A stretch of 64,000 nt of DNA from Octopus vulgaris (lineage: Eukaryota): contig OX597829.1 in NCBI GenBank assembly GCA_951406725.2, positions 22,816,001-22,880,000 of the forward strand. Direction: 5' to 3'. Numbering within the stretch: the first letter of the stretch is position 1; every line of letters begins with the position of its first letter. The notes under the pieces are model-generated. The model worked only from the letters and a program-made list of their open reading frames with translations, did no database searches and was not told the DNA's origin. This document shows, piece after piece, positions 13,226 through 25,470 of the stretch. The position numbers and the translations under genes were made by a program.

Positions 13226-13289
13226 CACACAACAAATTGAACGCCTTTATTACTGACTATAACGCATTGAGCTTGTACTCCATCTAAAC

Positions 13290-13512
13290 TAGGGGTTTCA
13301 GCCACTTTTTTGCCTATGGACCCTTTGATTTCCATTTTAACCAGGGTTGGAGGCCCTCATGGTCATTCGATGTCTAAAGACAACTATTATATCTTTATGA
13401 TTAAATATTATTAGGAATTGTATTAAAAAAATTATTGAAATGTTTTGTGTATCGCAGAAGCATAACCAATTTATTGCACATAAATTTTATGGGCTTCAGA
13501 TAAGAACCTCTG
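13290..13512. mobile_element. hAT-like MITE related to the 20180-21890 array
   Basis: Ends TAGGGGTTTCAGCC...AAGAACCTCTG. Internal CCTATGGACCCTTTGATT is the reverse complement of the array unit. Confidence 0.55.
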
Positions 13513-13789
13513 ATTTAAACACTATAATGCGGTAAGAAGCAGAACGAACATTCGTTGGAATGAAGAAGACAAGAAAACTTAATACGGGTGGCGAGAGCTT
13601 AGTTAAAATAATAACAAAGATAGAACCAAGTTAAATTTAAATCATTTTAAGATTTAAACGAAAAATGCTTACTGGGGCCGATTCATTTGACTAAAAATTC
13701 TTCAAGGCAGTACTCCAGGATAGCTGTAGTCTATCGATCGAAACAAGTTATAGGTAAAAGATGAAAAGATAAAAGACGACGACTCTTAC

Positions 13790-14025
13790 TTACATTATTA
13801 ACATTCGACGGATATTTGTCCTCATCTTGTTTGTTGTTAACACGTTTCGGCTGATATACCCTCCAACCCTCTTCAGGTGATTTGGGGAAATTTCGAACCT
13901 GTGTTCTCATTCCTAAGGTATTTTTCGATGTTATTATTATTATTATTGTTTAGGTCACTGCTTGGAATCGAACTCGGAATTTTGGGGTTAGTAGCCCGCG
14001 CTCTTAACCACTACGCCATATGCCC
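13790..14025 (-). mobile_element. Composite element: tRNA-like Pol III head, (AAT)n linker and hammerhead-like 3' part
   Basis: Minus strand: GGGCATATGGCGTAGTGGTTAAGAGCGCGGGCTACTAACCCCAAAATTCCGAGTTCGATTCC (A box TGGCGTAGTGG, B box GTTCGATTC), then AATAATAAT, then CAC-CTGAAGA-G-GGTTGG-AGGGTATA-TCAGCC-GAAACGTG. Confidence 0.7.
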
Positions 14026-14557
14026 GTGGGCATATCCGTCATTAGAAATACAACAAACATAACGCTGTCTTCATATTCTCCCGACTATATAAACCTGAAA
14101 CCGTGGGCATATGGCGTAGTGGCTAAAGACTCGTCACCAATAAGAATCTTTTAAAGAATTACTGCATTTTGTGCAAATGAAAAAACGGTTTCAGGTTTAT
14201 ATAGGCGGGAGAACATGAAGACAGCGTTACGTTTGTTGTATTTCTAATGACGGATAATTGAACGTAAAGGAAACGTAAAGGAAGCGAAATCATACTTCGC
14301 CCACCCGTTGAGGATGCAAATTGGTTATAATCATAAACTTGCTCGTAGTGAATGACACACGTTTACGATACGGTAAAACAGAAACTTATTATCGTTGGTA
14401 CAGATAAACTATTGTAAATTGGGTTAATCTTTTAGTGTATAAAAACAACAAGCAGCAGGTAACATCAACCGTTTTCTATTCTTAACTAATCGTGGACATA
14501 TCTGCGCATGACATTCCATTCTGTTGGTAATTGCATTATGTATTATGTGCGTATGTT

Positions 14558-14615
<58 letters not shown>

Positions 14616-14630
14616 GTATATGTATGTGTG

Positions 14631-14664
<34 letters not shown>

Positions 14665-14714
14665 TGTATGTATATGTGTATGTATGTATTTATATATATA
14701 TATAATATATATAT

Positions 14715-14803
<89 letters not shown>

Positions 14804-14807
<4 letters not shown>

Positions 14808-15009
14808 ATCCAAACATGAACAAAGAGAAAACACAACAACGCGAGGATGTGGAACAAGTATAGGGTTATTGGGACGCTCAGGAAAGGAAAGAAAGAAGGA
14901 GGAATCAACGTTTCGAGCGGAGCTCTTCGTCAGAAACATAGAAAAAAAGAAAAAGTCCAATGAAGGGAAGACGGAAAAAGAAAATCGCCAACGATACACA
15001 CGCGGTCAC
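14804..15009 (-). mobile_element. HHR family a unit (hammerhead at 14903-14937)
   Basis: Minus strand GTTTCTGACGAAGAGCTCCGCTCGAAACGTTGATT. Its 3' end GGATTAAC runs into long (TA)n. Confidence 0.8.
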
Positions 15010-15024
15010 ATATATATGTATACT

Positions 15025-15257
15025 CTTACTCTTTTACTCTTTTTCTTGTGTCAGTCATTTGACTGCGGCCATGTTGGAGCACCGCCTTTCGTCGAGCAAA
15101 TCGACCCCAGGACTTATTCTTTGTAAGCCCAGTACTTATTCTATTGGTCTCTTTTACTGAACCGCTGAGTGACGGGGACGTAAACACACCAGCATCGGTT
15201 GTCAAGCAATGCTAGGGGAACAAACACAGACACACAAACACACACACACACGCATAT

Positions 15258-15291
<34 letters not shown>

Positions 15292-15385
15292 GACGGGCTT
15301 CTTTCAGTTTCCGTCTACAAGATCCACTCACAAGGCTTTGGTTGCCCCGAGGCAATAGTAGAAGACACTTGCCCAAGGTGCCACA
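15025..15385 (-). mobile_element. SINE family A (5' truncated)
   Basis: Same body and tail as 7300-7705. Confidence 0.8.
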
Positions 15386-15407
15386 CATATATATATATAC
15401 TGTATAA

Positions 15408-15604
15408 TGTAACCACATGTGAATTGTTCGCGATTTTCTTCCTCCGTCTTATCTTCTATACGATTTTCCTCTGTTTCCGAAGAAAATCGTCTGCCCGAAA
15501 CGTTAAACCACCTTTCTTTCCTTCCCCGAGCGTCTACTAATACTTTTCATGTACCACAACCTCGCGTTGTTGTTTATTTTGAGTTTGTTCTTTTGGGGAT
15601 TTAC
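15408..15604 (+). mobile_element. Diverged HHR family a unit (degenerate hammerhead 15474-15508)
   Basis: GTTT-CCGAAGA-AAATCGTCTGCCC-GAAA-CGTT-AAAC, with flanks colinear with 6665-6873. Ends in (TA)n. Confidence 0.6.
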
Positions 15605-15674
15605 TATGTATATATATATATACATATATCATTTTATCTAGTTTCAGCTCACGAGCTGTAGCCATGCTGGGGCA

Positions 15675-15736
<62 letters not shown>

Positions 15737-15935
15737 ATATATACATACATACATACATACATACACATACGCACACACACACTCACACCCACACGCACAT
15801 ATATATAAAGTCCCATTTTTTCTTTTCATAGAAAACAAGATACAAAAATGAAAGCCGAAGTACACACTTAATACACACTTATATTACAAATGTGAAGTCT
15901 CTTTGTATGCGAGCGTGCCTGCGTGCATGTGTGTG

Positions 15936-15978
<43 letters not shown>

Positions 15979-16786
15979 ATGCATGCGTGCGTGTGTGTTG
16001 TGCTTATGTGCTATATTTATATATCCACTGACGATTACTAATATTCGCTCACTTATCAGCGTGAAACCATAGCATGATCAATATTTATACAGACACCTCC
16101 AACCACGCTCCCGTACGCGCGCGCACACACACACACACATGTGTACGCGCGTTAGAGAGAGAGAGAGAAAGCAAGAAAGAAAGATAGACAGAGAGTGGGT
16201 GGAGGGATGTATTTATATGGCGACTATTATGTCGACAGTAGACATCATAAATCTATAGAAGCAAGCATAATTATTTTGCACTCACCTCTCCGGGGAAACT
16301 CAGATTCGTCCTTGCGTTAAGAATTTTTTTTATTCGAAAGTAACAAAAGTTACATTTAATAATAAAGAAATTACCATAAATTACTATAAACACACTTGAT
16401 TTTTCTGTCCCCTATTTAAATTTATTTCCTTTCATCTATTCAAATTGAGTTACTTGTTATTTTCTTGTTCAGTTATTTTTGAAATATATTTATCAACTGC
16501 TGTATACATTTAATTTAGGCCTTTATGAGTTGAATTTTTATGGCGTTATTATTAATAAGGCGGCGAACCGGAAGAATCGTAAGCGCGCCGGGCTAAATGC
16601 TTTGCAGTATTTATTTCTTCGGGCTCTATACGTTCTGAGTTTGAATACCACCGGGGTCGACTTCGCCTTTAATCATTTGCAGATCGATAGAATAAGTACC
16701 AGTTGAACATTGAAGACGATGTAATCGACTGCCCCCCCGCCTCATCCAAAAGTTCAGACTTTGTGCCTATAGTAGAAAGGATTATT

Positions 16787-16797
16787 ATCATCATCAC

Positions 16798-16837
<40 letters not shown>

Positions 16838-16908
16838 GTCGTCATCATCATCGTCATCATCATCACCATCATCATCATCATTATCATCATCATCTCCATC
16901 ACCATCAC

Positions 16909-16943
<35 letters not shown>

Positions 16944-16950
16944 CCATCAC

Positions 16951-17000
<50 letters not shown>

Positions 17001-17007
17001 CCATCAC

Positions 17008-17038
<31 letters not shown>

Positions 17039-17190
17039 TCCATCACCATCACCATCACCATCACCATCATCATCATCATCATCATCATCATCACCATCAC
17101 CATCATCACCATCACCATCATCACCATCATCATCATCATCATCATCATCATCACCATCACCATCACCATCATCATCATCATCACCATCAC

Positions 17191-17237
<47 letters not shown>
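16787..17237. repeat. ~450 bp (CAT)n/(CAC) trinucleotide array
   Basis: Seen directly. It is an expanded tail of a family B SINE and gives the poly-Met/poly-Ile ORFs. Confidence 0.95.
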
Positions 17238-17380
17238 CCGTTATTGTTATTCCGCCGAGGTCGACTTTGCCTTTCGTCCTTTCGGGATCGATTAAATTAG
17301 GACCAGTTACGCACTGGGGTTGATGTAATTGATTTAATCCCTTCCACCAAATTTGAAGCCTTTTGCTTCCAGTGGAAAGA

Positions 17381-17451
<71 letters not shown>

Positions 17452-17452
<1 letters not shown>

Positions 17453-17931
17453 GTCTTGGTATAAAAGATGGGCTACAGCAAATATTCTGCTCAATATCAC
17501 AGATTTCCTTGTCAGTTGTTTGACCATAATCAGTTGAGCATGTCCCTTAGTGGCTGACGATATGTGCATCTCTGATTACGAGCAGAAGTAGTGGGGGAGC
17601 ACCATAGCCATCTGTTGAGATGGATTCTTATGAGTTTGGATAATTCACCGCTAGAAACATGGGTGTTTCATTCAACGTCCTTAAACAAACCTTATTCAGA
17701 GACTTTTTGAGCGGGATGGGCTACTCAACCAGAAGAAAATTCTAACTGGGCCCCACCTGCAAGGTCATGCGCTGTTAATCTTGATATGAGATCACCATGT
17801 CGCGCACATATGGTTGTGATGCATGTGCCTGGTGTACCCTTATCAGACGGGTAGTCATGATGGGTATAGTGGGCGTCGTATATTTTACCCCAGTGTCACT
17901 TTGATGGCATGCACTGCTCTCTCACTCACTC

Positions 17932-17932
<1 letters not shown>
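17452..17932. mobile_element. Family C repeat, copy 3 (inverted, truncated)
   Basis: Reverse complement of 1103-1570, flanked by (ATT)n and (AAT)n. Confidence 0.8.
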
Positions 17933-17969
<37 letters not shown>

Positions 17970-17994
17970 TGATGACGATGACGATGACGATGAC

Positions 17995-18051
<57 letters not shown>

Positions 18052-18184
18052 TCCACCGAAGTCTACTTTGTCTTCCATCCTTTCGGGGTCGATAAATTAA
18101 GTACCAGTGAAACACTGGGGTAGATGTAATCGACTAGTCTCCTCCCCCAAATTTCAGGCCTTGTGCCTCTAGTAAAAAGGATCA

Positions 18185-18435
18185 GTAGTTTAATTTTTAT
18201 CATGTGCTTTCACTGCACTACTGAGCACCGTTCTGTGTGCCTTGGACATGTGCTGTGGTTTGTTGTGGTGTTGTTATTTTTGCAATATTGAAAATGATTT
18301 GCATAGGATGTGTGCAGTGCCTAGAGGTGCTATTTTCTTTTTTGTTATATAATATAGTCGTTTGACCTGGTGTCTTGGTTATGTATTCGTTTGTATGTTT
18401 GGCACTTATTCTTTCGGTCTCTTATACCTAGCCGC
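18185..18435 (-). pseudogene. 3' end of an R4/Dong-like (restriction-like endonuclease) LINE
   Basis: The minus strand reads ...KIAPLGTAHILCKSFSI, resembling the terminal QKxALLGTAxILRxxL motif. Confidence 0.55.
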
Positions 18436-18491
18436 TAATTTACAGAGACGTAAGTAGACCAATATCGGTTGTCAAGCGGTGGTGGGGTAAA

Positions 18492-18551
<60 letters not shown>

Positions 18552-18720
18552 CTAAGACGGGCTTCTTTCAGTTTCCGTCTACCAAATCCACTTACAAAGG
18601 CTTTGGTCGAACAGGAACTATTGTAGAGGACACTTACCCAGAGTGCCACACATTGGGACTGAAACCAGGACCATATGGTTGGGAAGCAAGCTTCTCAACC
18701 CCCAGCCACACCTGCGCCTA
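18436..18720 (-). mobile_element. SINE family A (3' truncated)
   Basis: Head AGGCGCAGGTGTGGCTG on the minus strand, with internal (TA)(TG) microsatellite. Confidence 0.75.
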
Positions 18721-19626
18721 TGTAGTGTGTGGTGGTGGTGGTGGCAGTGGTGGTGGTGGTGGTGGTGGCAGTGGTGGTGGTGGTGGTGGTGGCAGTGGTG
18801 GTGGTGGTGGTGGTGGTTGGGATGATGAAGACAGTGGTCAATCTTTGTGGGTGTGTAGTTGTAGGAGAGATTGCCGAGTACACGAGGTCTTGTCATCTTG
18901 GAATATCTCTCCTATTTTGGAAAGATTTTCTTTCGTTCTTTCTTGCTTTCTTTTTGCTGTTGTTGTTGTTGTTGTTATGGTTGTTGTTGTTTTTTGCTTT
19001 TGTTTTACTTTTGTTTTTTAGTCGTTGGCACTGGCAAGCTGACAACTGTCAAAAAAATCCTGTTGACAGCTGAAGAGGTAAGGTATAAGTAGGAAGTAAC
19101 CAAACAAGAAGCAGAAGACGACATGAAAATATTTCTCTCTCTCTATTCAGTCGGTTGCCTCACAGAGAGAATGTACGAACGACATTTATTATCAGCAGAA
19201 CGAGAAATGACTTCTGTCGACAAAAAAAAAAAAAAAAATTTTGAAGAATAATATCAAAAAAAAAACAAAAAAAAAATTCTAAAAAAAATACCACGATGTC
19301 ATCAAACTTACCATCATTACCCAGCGACAAGTGGAATACGAAGTGATGTCAAGGTGCAAGATAGTAATGAAACTAAAAAATACAACGGCGCTGGTATCAA
19401 CAACAACAACAGCAACAGCAACTATATAAAAAAAAAGCAATGTGAAGAAGATTGATGTAATGAACGTGGAGGAAGTAGGTGGTGGTGGTGGTGTGGTGGT
19501 GGTGGGGAGACGGCAGCAGAAACGTGAGCGACACATCAACCGTGAAAATATCAACATGAGAGATATAAAAATACCGACAAGTTGAATAAGAACAGTGACA
19601 CCAAACCGATATCAGACAAAAAAAAC

Positions 19627-19646
19627 GTCGTCGTCGTCGTCAGCAT

Positions 19647-19703
<57 letters not shown>

Positions 19704-19816
19704 CATAATCACTACCACCACCACCACCACCACCACCACCACCAAGTAGTAATAATAATAATAATATTAATAATAATAATAACAATAACAATAATAACAA
19801 CAACAACAACAACAAC

Positions 19817-19848
<32 letters not shown>

Positions 19849-19870
19849 TAACAATAACAACAACAACAAC

Positions 19871-19908
<38 letters not shown>

Positions 19909-19993
19909 TAACAACAACAACAACAACAACAACAATAATAATAATAATAATAACAACAACAACAACAATAATAATAATAATATTAATAATAAC

Positions 19994-20048
<55 letters not shown>

Positions 20049-20090
20049 TTAATAATAATAATAATAATAATCAGCAGCAGCAGCAACAGC
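19627..20090. repeat. Compound trinucleotide array (GTC, CAT, CAG, CAC, AAT/AAC)
   Basis: Seen directly. Confidence 0.95.
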
Positions 20091-20179
20091 CATAATAACT
20101 GTTACATCGAGGAAATAGCTCCAAGACTTAACGTTTCGAAGTCCAAATATGAAACAGAAAGAGTTGCCGAGTCTTATAC

Positions 20180-21890
20180 CAGTGCTTCTCAACCAGAGTC
20201 CATATGAACCCGGGAAGGTGGGGGGTCTATGTAAGACCCTTTTTTTTTTTATTGTAATGGGGGAGGGTCCACGCAAGCAAAATAGTAAATTGAAGATCTG
20301 CAGTAGTATATTCTTTTTTACTCTAGACACAAGGGGACGAAATTTTTGAGGAGGGGACCAGTCGATTAGATCGACCCCTGTACACAACTGGCACTTAATT
20401 TATCGACCCCCCCCCCCCAAAGGATGAAAGACAAAAATCGACCGCGGTGGAATTTGAACTCAGAACGTAAAGACAGACGAATTACCTATTTCTTTATTAC
20501 CCACAAGGGGCTAAACACAGAGGGGACAAACAAGGACAGACATAGGTATTAAGTCGATTACATCGACCCCAATTCGTAACTGGTATTTAATTTATCGACC
20601 CCGAAAGGATGAAAGGCAAAGTCGACCTCGGCGGAATTTGAACTCACAACGTAACGCAGGCGAATTACCGCTAAGCATTTCGCCGGCGTGCTAACGTTTC
20701 TGTCGTATTTATTGCAAGAAACGGCTAGGTTTCTATCTCTACCATTTTACATAGTTCAATCTACACAAGTTAATGTGTGATAAACAAAATAGGAATTTTG
20801 AAAGACATTTCTATAAAACTAGTTTTTAAACATCGGGTGGCAATGGGGTCCACCATAATAGAATAGTAATAAAAAGAATCCATAGATAAAAAATAGTTGA
20901 GAGCCCCTGCTTTAGATGTATGTGTTGGTATGTATTGCAAGAAACAGCTGGGTTTCTTCCTCTAACATTTTACATTGTTCAACCCACACAAGCTAATGTG
21001 TGATAAACAAAATAGGAATTTTGAAAGAAGTTTCTATAAAACTAGGCTTTAAACATCGAATGGCTATGGGGTCCACCAGGATAAAATAGTTGTCAAAGGG
21101 GTCCACAGATTATGAATGGTTGAGAACCCTGCTTTAGATGTATACAATGATATGAATTGCAAGAAACAGCTGGGTTTCTTCCTCTAACATTTTACATTGT
21201 TCAACCCACAAAAGCTAATGTGTGAAAAACAAAATAGGAATTTTGAAAGAAGTTTCTATAAAACTAGTTTTTAAACATCAGATGGCTATGGGGTCCACCA
21301 GAATAAAATAGTAATCAAAGGAGTCTATAGATAAAAAATAGATGTTGAGAGTCCTTGCTTCAGATGTATGTATTGCAAGAAACAGCATAGTTCAACCTAC
21401 ACAAGTTAATGTGTGATAAACAAAATAGGAATTTTTAAAGATGTTTCTATGGATGGAAACACTCCGTCGGTTACGACGGTGAGGGTTCCGGTTGATCCGA
21501 ATCAACGGAACAGACTGCTCGTGAAATTAACGTGTAAGTGGCTGAGCACTCCACAGACACGTGTACCCTTAACGTAGTTCTCGGAGATATTCAGCGTGAC
21601 ACAGAGAGTGACAAGGCCGGCCCATTGAAATACAGGTACAACAGAAACAGAAAGTAAGAGTGAGAGAAAGTTGTGGTGAAAGAGTACAGCAGGGATCACC
21701 ACCATCCCCTGCCGGAGCCTCGTGGAGCTTTTAGGTGTTTTCGCTCAATAAACACTCACAACGCCCGGTCTGGGAATCGAAAGATGTTTCTATAAAATTA
21801 TGTTTTAAAATATCGAATGGCTATAAGGGGTTCACCAGAATAAAATAGTAACCAAAGGATCCATAGGTAAAAAGGGGTCGAGAACCACTG
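20180..21890 (+). mobile_element. hAT-like MITE with tandemly amplified 3' half and nested SINEs
   Basis: 5' end CAGTGCTTCTCAACC. 3'-end variants GTTGAGAGCCCCTG, GGTTGAGAACCCTG, GTTGAGAGTCCTTG and GGTCGAGAACCACTG recur at ~220 bp spacing. Imperfect 8-bp flanks TCTTATAC/CTTTACAC. Confidence 0.7.
21451..21779 (-). mobile_element. 5'-truncated SINE family D with 14-bp target-site duplication
   Basis: AAAGATGTTTCTAT at 21437-21450 and 21780-21793. Confidence 0.9.
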
Positions 21891-22019
21891 CTTTACACAA
21901 TCAGGGCAATGAGAAATACTGCCTTGGTGCATAGGCACTTTAGGTTAATTACCTGTGGTGCCACGGGTCTGGGAGTCCATTGCTAATCTATGTACGCTGT
22001 GGTTTACTACCTTTTTACC

Positions 22020-22414
22020 TTTTACTGTTTATATTTTATTTGTTTCCTCATTAGACTGCGGCCATGCTGGGGCACCGATTTCAATGGTTAAGTCGAGAAA
22101 GAAAAAAAAACGACCCCAGTACTTTTCTTTCTTTTTTTTTTTTTAGTAAGCTTATACTATCGGTCGCCTTTTGCCGAACGGCTATGTTATGGGGACATAA
22201 ACAAACCAACCTCGATTGCCAAGAGACGACGGTGATGATGGTGATGGTAGTGGTGGGGTGAGAACACATAAAAACCAAATGCACACCTGCACTCACCCAC
22301 ATGAAGGCACACAAACATACACTCACATACATACACACGCACATACACATTCACACACGCACACACACTCACACACATGCATTCACACGCACACATACAT
22401 ACACACACACACAC

Positions 22415-22455
<41 letters not shown>

Positions 22456-22610
22456 AGATTTGTTTTAGTTTCACCTACTGAATTCATTCACAAGGTTTTA
22501 AAAAGCCTGGTGCTATATAGAATACTTACACCCATAGCGCTATGGAGAGTGACTGAACCAGGAACCACGTGGTTGGGAAGCAAATTTTTTATCACCCAGC
22601 CACATCTGCA
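22020..22610 (-). mobile_element. Old SINE family A copy with expanded internal microsatellite
   Basis: Tail TCATTAGACTGCGGCCATGCTGG and head remnant GGAACCACGTGGTTGGGAAGCAA. Confidence 0.65.
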
Positions 22611-23908
22611 TCTAAATAGACACTATATCCCTTTCGCTACAGTATTTGTTTTGAGACACTCTGTGTTTCTTTCAATTAATTTTAAATATAACAAAGAATT
22701 TAGTTTCCTTTTGGGATTTGGTTTGCAAGATTCTTTATGTGAGTTCGTGTGTTGAAGCATATTCTGTTGTGTCTGGGGAGGGTCATTTTTTTTTGTGCCT
22801 TATAAGAATTTAGTAAAATAACTTCATTATCATTCAGTTAGTGTTAGGAATATAAATTGCGACTAAGGTTTGGTGGAATATTTTAATTCAAAACTTATCA
22901 AAACAAGACATTTGTACTCAGAACCAGAACCGGTTTCAGTCGGGTTAGTAACGAAAGGGATATAGGGCTTAAATATTTCTGTACCTGGGGAGGGGTACTG
23001 GGTTTTGTGTTGTTCGGGGATAGGGCTGCTGCGACAACACCGAGATCAACTGAAAAGGTACCAAGCTTTAAAAAAAGAAATAAACATTGAATTCGGTATG
23101 TTTGACAAAAAATTCCCTTCAAAGCGGTGCTCCAGCATGACGGCAGTTTAATGACTGAAACAAGTAAAAGTATAAAAGATAAAATATGGATCAATCTTTC
23201 CTACTCTAGGCACAAGGCCCGAAATTTTGGGGGAGGGTGCCAGTCGATTAGATCAGCCCTACAATGCAACTGGTACTTAATTTATCGACCCCAAAAGGTG
23301 GAATTTGGACTCAGAACATAAAGATAGACGAAATACCGCTAAGCATTTGGCCCGACGTGCTAACGTTTCTTATTTCTTTATTGCGCGCAAAGGGCTAAAC
23401 ATACAGGGGACAAACAAGGACAGATAAAGGGATTTAATCGATTGCATCGACCCCAGTGCGTAACTGGTACTTAATTTATCGACCCCGAAAGGATGAAAGG
23501 CAAAGTCGACCTCGGCGGAATTTGAACTCAGAACGTAGCGGCAGACGAAATACCGCTAAGCATTTCGCCCGGCGTGCTGATGTTTCTGCCAGCTCGCCGC
23601 CTTCAGACTATGGATCATTGTTGCAGAAATGTCATGTTAGCTGCAATATTTTAAAAAAGAACTTGGGGGTCAGAAGAAAGTAGGTGATCGATTTTCGATC
23701 ATCTTTCTCAGAGAAATGATCGAGTATTCAAATGGAAGTTGTATTGTTGATTGAACATAAAAAAAAAGAGAGAAAGAAAAAAAAAACTAAAGGAAAAGAT
23801 CGATTTCAGATCGAAGAACATGAAAATGTGACAGTTGTTGCAGAAAACCGAAGTGGCATAATTACAGAATCATAGCCAATTAGTGAGTTTCCTGTTGTTA
23901 CCCACGCT

Positions 23909-23961
<53 letters not shown>

Positions 23962-24039
23962 CAACAACAACAGTAGCAGCAGCAACAACAACAACAACAG
24001 CAGCAGCAGCTACAACAACAACAACAATCATAGCAACAG

Positions 24040-24215
24040 CGGAGGTGCAATGACCCAGTGGTTAGGACAGCGGACTCGTGTTCGTTAGAACGCGATTTCG
24101 ATTCCCAGACCGGGCATTGTGAGTGTTTATTGAGCAAAAACACCTAAGCTCCACGAGGCTCCGGCAGGAGTGGGGGAGAACCCCGCTGTACTCTTTCTCT
24201 CACACTTTCTTTCTA
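24040..24215 (+). mobile_element. SINE family D head (tRNA-like)
   Basis: GGAGGTGCAATGACCCAGTGGTTAGGACAGCGGACTCG...TTTCGATTCCCAGACCGGGC. Confidence 0.75.
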
Positions 24216-25052
24216 CTTCTGCCACAAAGAAGAGGAACCATGGTGTGGTAAAACTTTCAGACCCTAGTCCAGATTGCAAATCCTCTGTACCCCAGGATGG
24301 TTCAGCTCTCCACCCGTTAAAAGCCACAGTTTACGGAATGAGGATAGCAACATAGCTTCGCGCCCGTGCAACCGCCAGTCTATCGCGTGTTGTGGGTGGA
24401 TCTTCAAGTTGCCACACGCATTCTTAGTAACTTAGAGTAGGCTCGAATTAGAGATTATTCTTTGTGTCTAATGGCGTGAGTCCTGAATGGAAGAAGAAGA
24501 AGAAGAAGAAGAAGAAGAAGAAGAAGAAGAAGAAGAAGAAGAAGAAGAAGAAGAAACAACAACAACTACAACAGCAACAACAATCACAGCAACTGCAGCA
24601 GCAGCAGCAGCCGTCCAAGAATTTGGACCTGGAGATCTCCATTTCCAGCGACTTCGAGAGCCACCTCCCAGTGGTGTCGGACGTCAACGAAGAGCCCTTG
24701 ACTACAACAAGACGACCAAAGTTTTTTTCTTGTTCCATGGTCTGGGGTCTCCCGCCCCTAAGCCCTAGACCATTACCTAATCACTCTTACCCGTCTTGTT
24801 GCTTAACAACAACAACAACAACAACAATAGCAGCAGCAGCAGCAGCAACAGCAACAAAGACAACAGCCACTAAAATCAGAAACAACAACAGCAGGAGCGA
24901 TAATTTCATTACCATGCCAATATCGTCAACATCATGATCAACAGTAACAACATCAATATATTTCCAACAACAACCAGAAATTGTGTGGTTGTTCATGCTG
25001 CTAAAAATAGCAGCCATAAATCCTTCAAATCTCACTTATCTGTTTCTAAACA

Positions 25053-25470
25053 TGGGCGCAGGAGTGGCTGTGTGGTAAGTAGCTTGCTTACCAACCACAA
25101 GGTTCCGGGTTCAGTCCCACTGCGTGGCACCTTGGGCAAGTGTCTTCTACTATAGCCTCGTATCGACCAAAGCCTTGTGAGTGGATTTACTAGACGGAAA
25201 CGGAAAGAAGCCTGTCGTATATATGTATATGTATACATATATGTATGTTTGTGTGTCTGTGTTTGTCCCTCCAACATCGCTTGACAACCGATGCTGGTGT
25301 GTTTACGTCCCCGTTACTTAGCGGTTCGGCAAGAGAGACCGATAGAATAAGTACTAGGCTTACAAAGAATAAGTCTTGAAGTCGATTTACTCGACTAAAG
25401 GTGGTGCTCCAGCATGGCCGCTGTAAAATGACTGAAACAAATAAAAGAATAAAAGAAAAAAGAAAAGAAT
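25053..25470 (+). mobile_element. SINE family A, full length
   Basis: Complete head, internal microsatellite and tail with (AAAAGAAT)n. Confidence 0.88.

Noticed and set aside
13952-14025. Functional tRNA gene (ACT anticodon-like loop)
   Set aside because: The acceptor and anticodon stems pair poorly, so it is better explained as a SINE head. The same applies to the other tRNA-like heads.
16669-17323. Poly-Met / poly-Ile / poly-His ORFs
   Set aside because: A (CAT)n expansion at a SINE tail, between SINE fragments.
20700-21890. Regularly spaced repeats resembling a CRISPR array
   Set aside because: Whole ~220 bp units repeat with no unique spacers, the ends are hAT-like, the context is eukaryotic and there are no cas genes.
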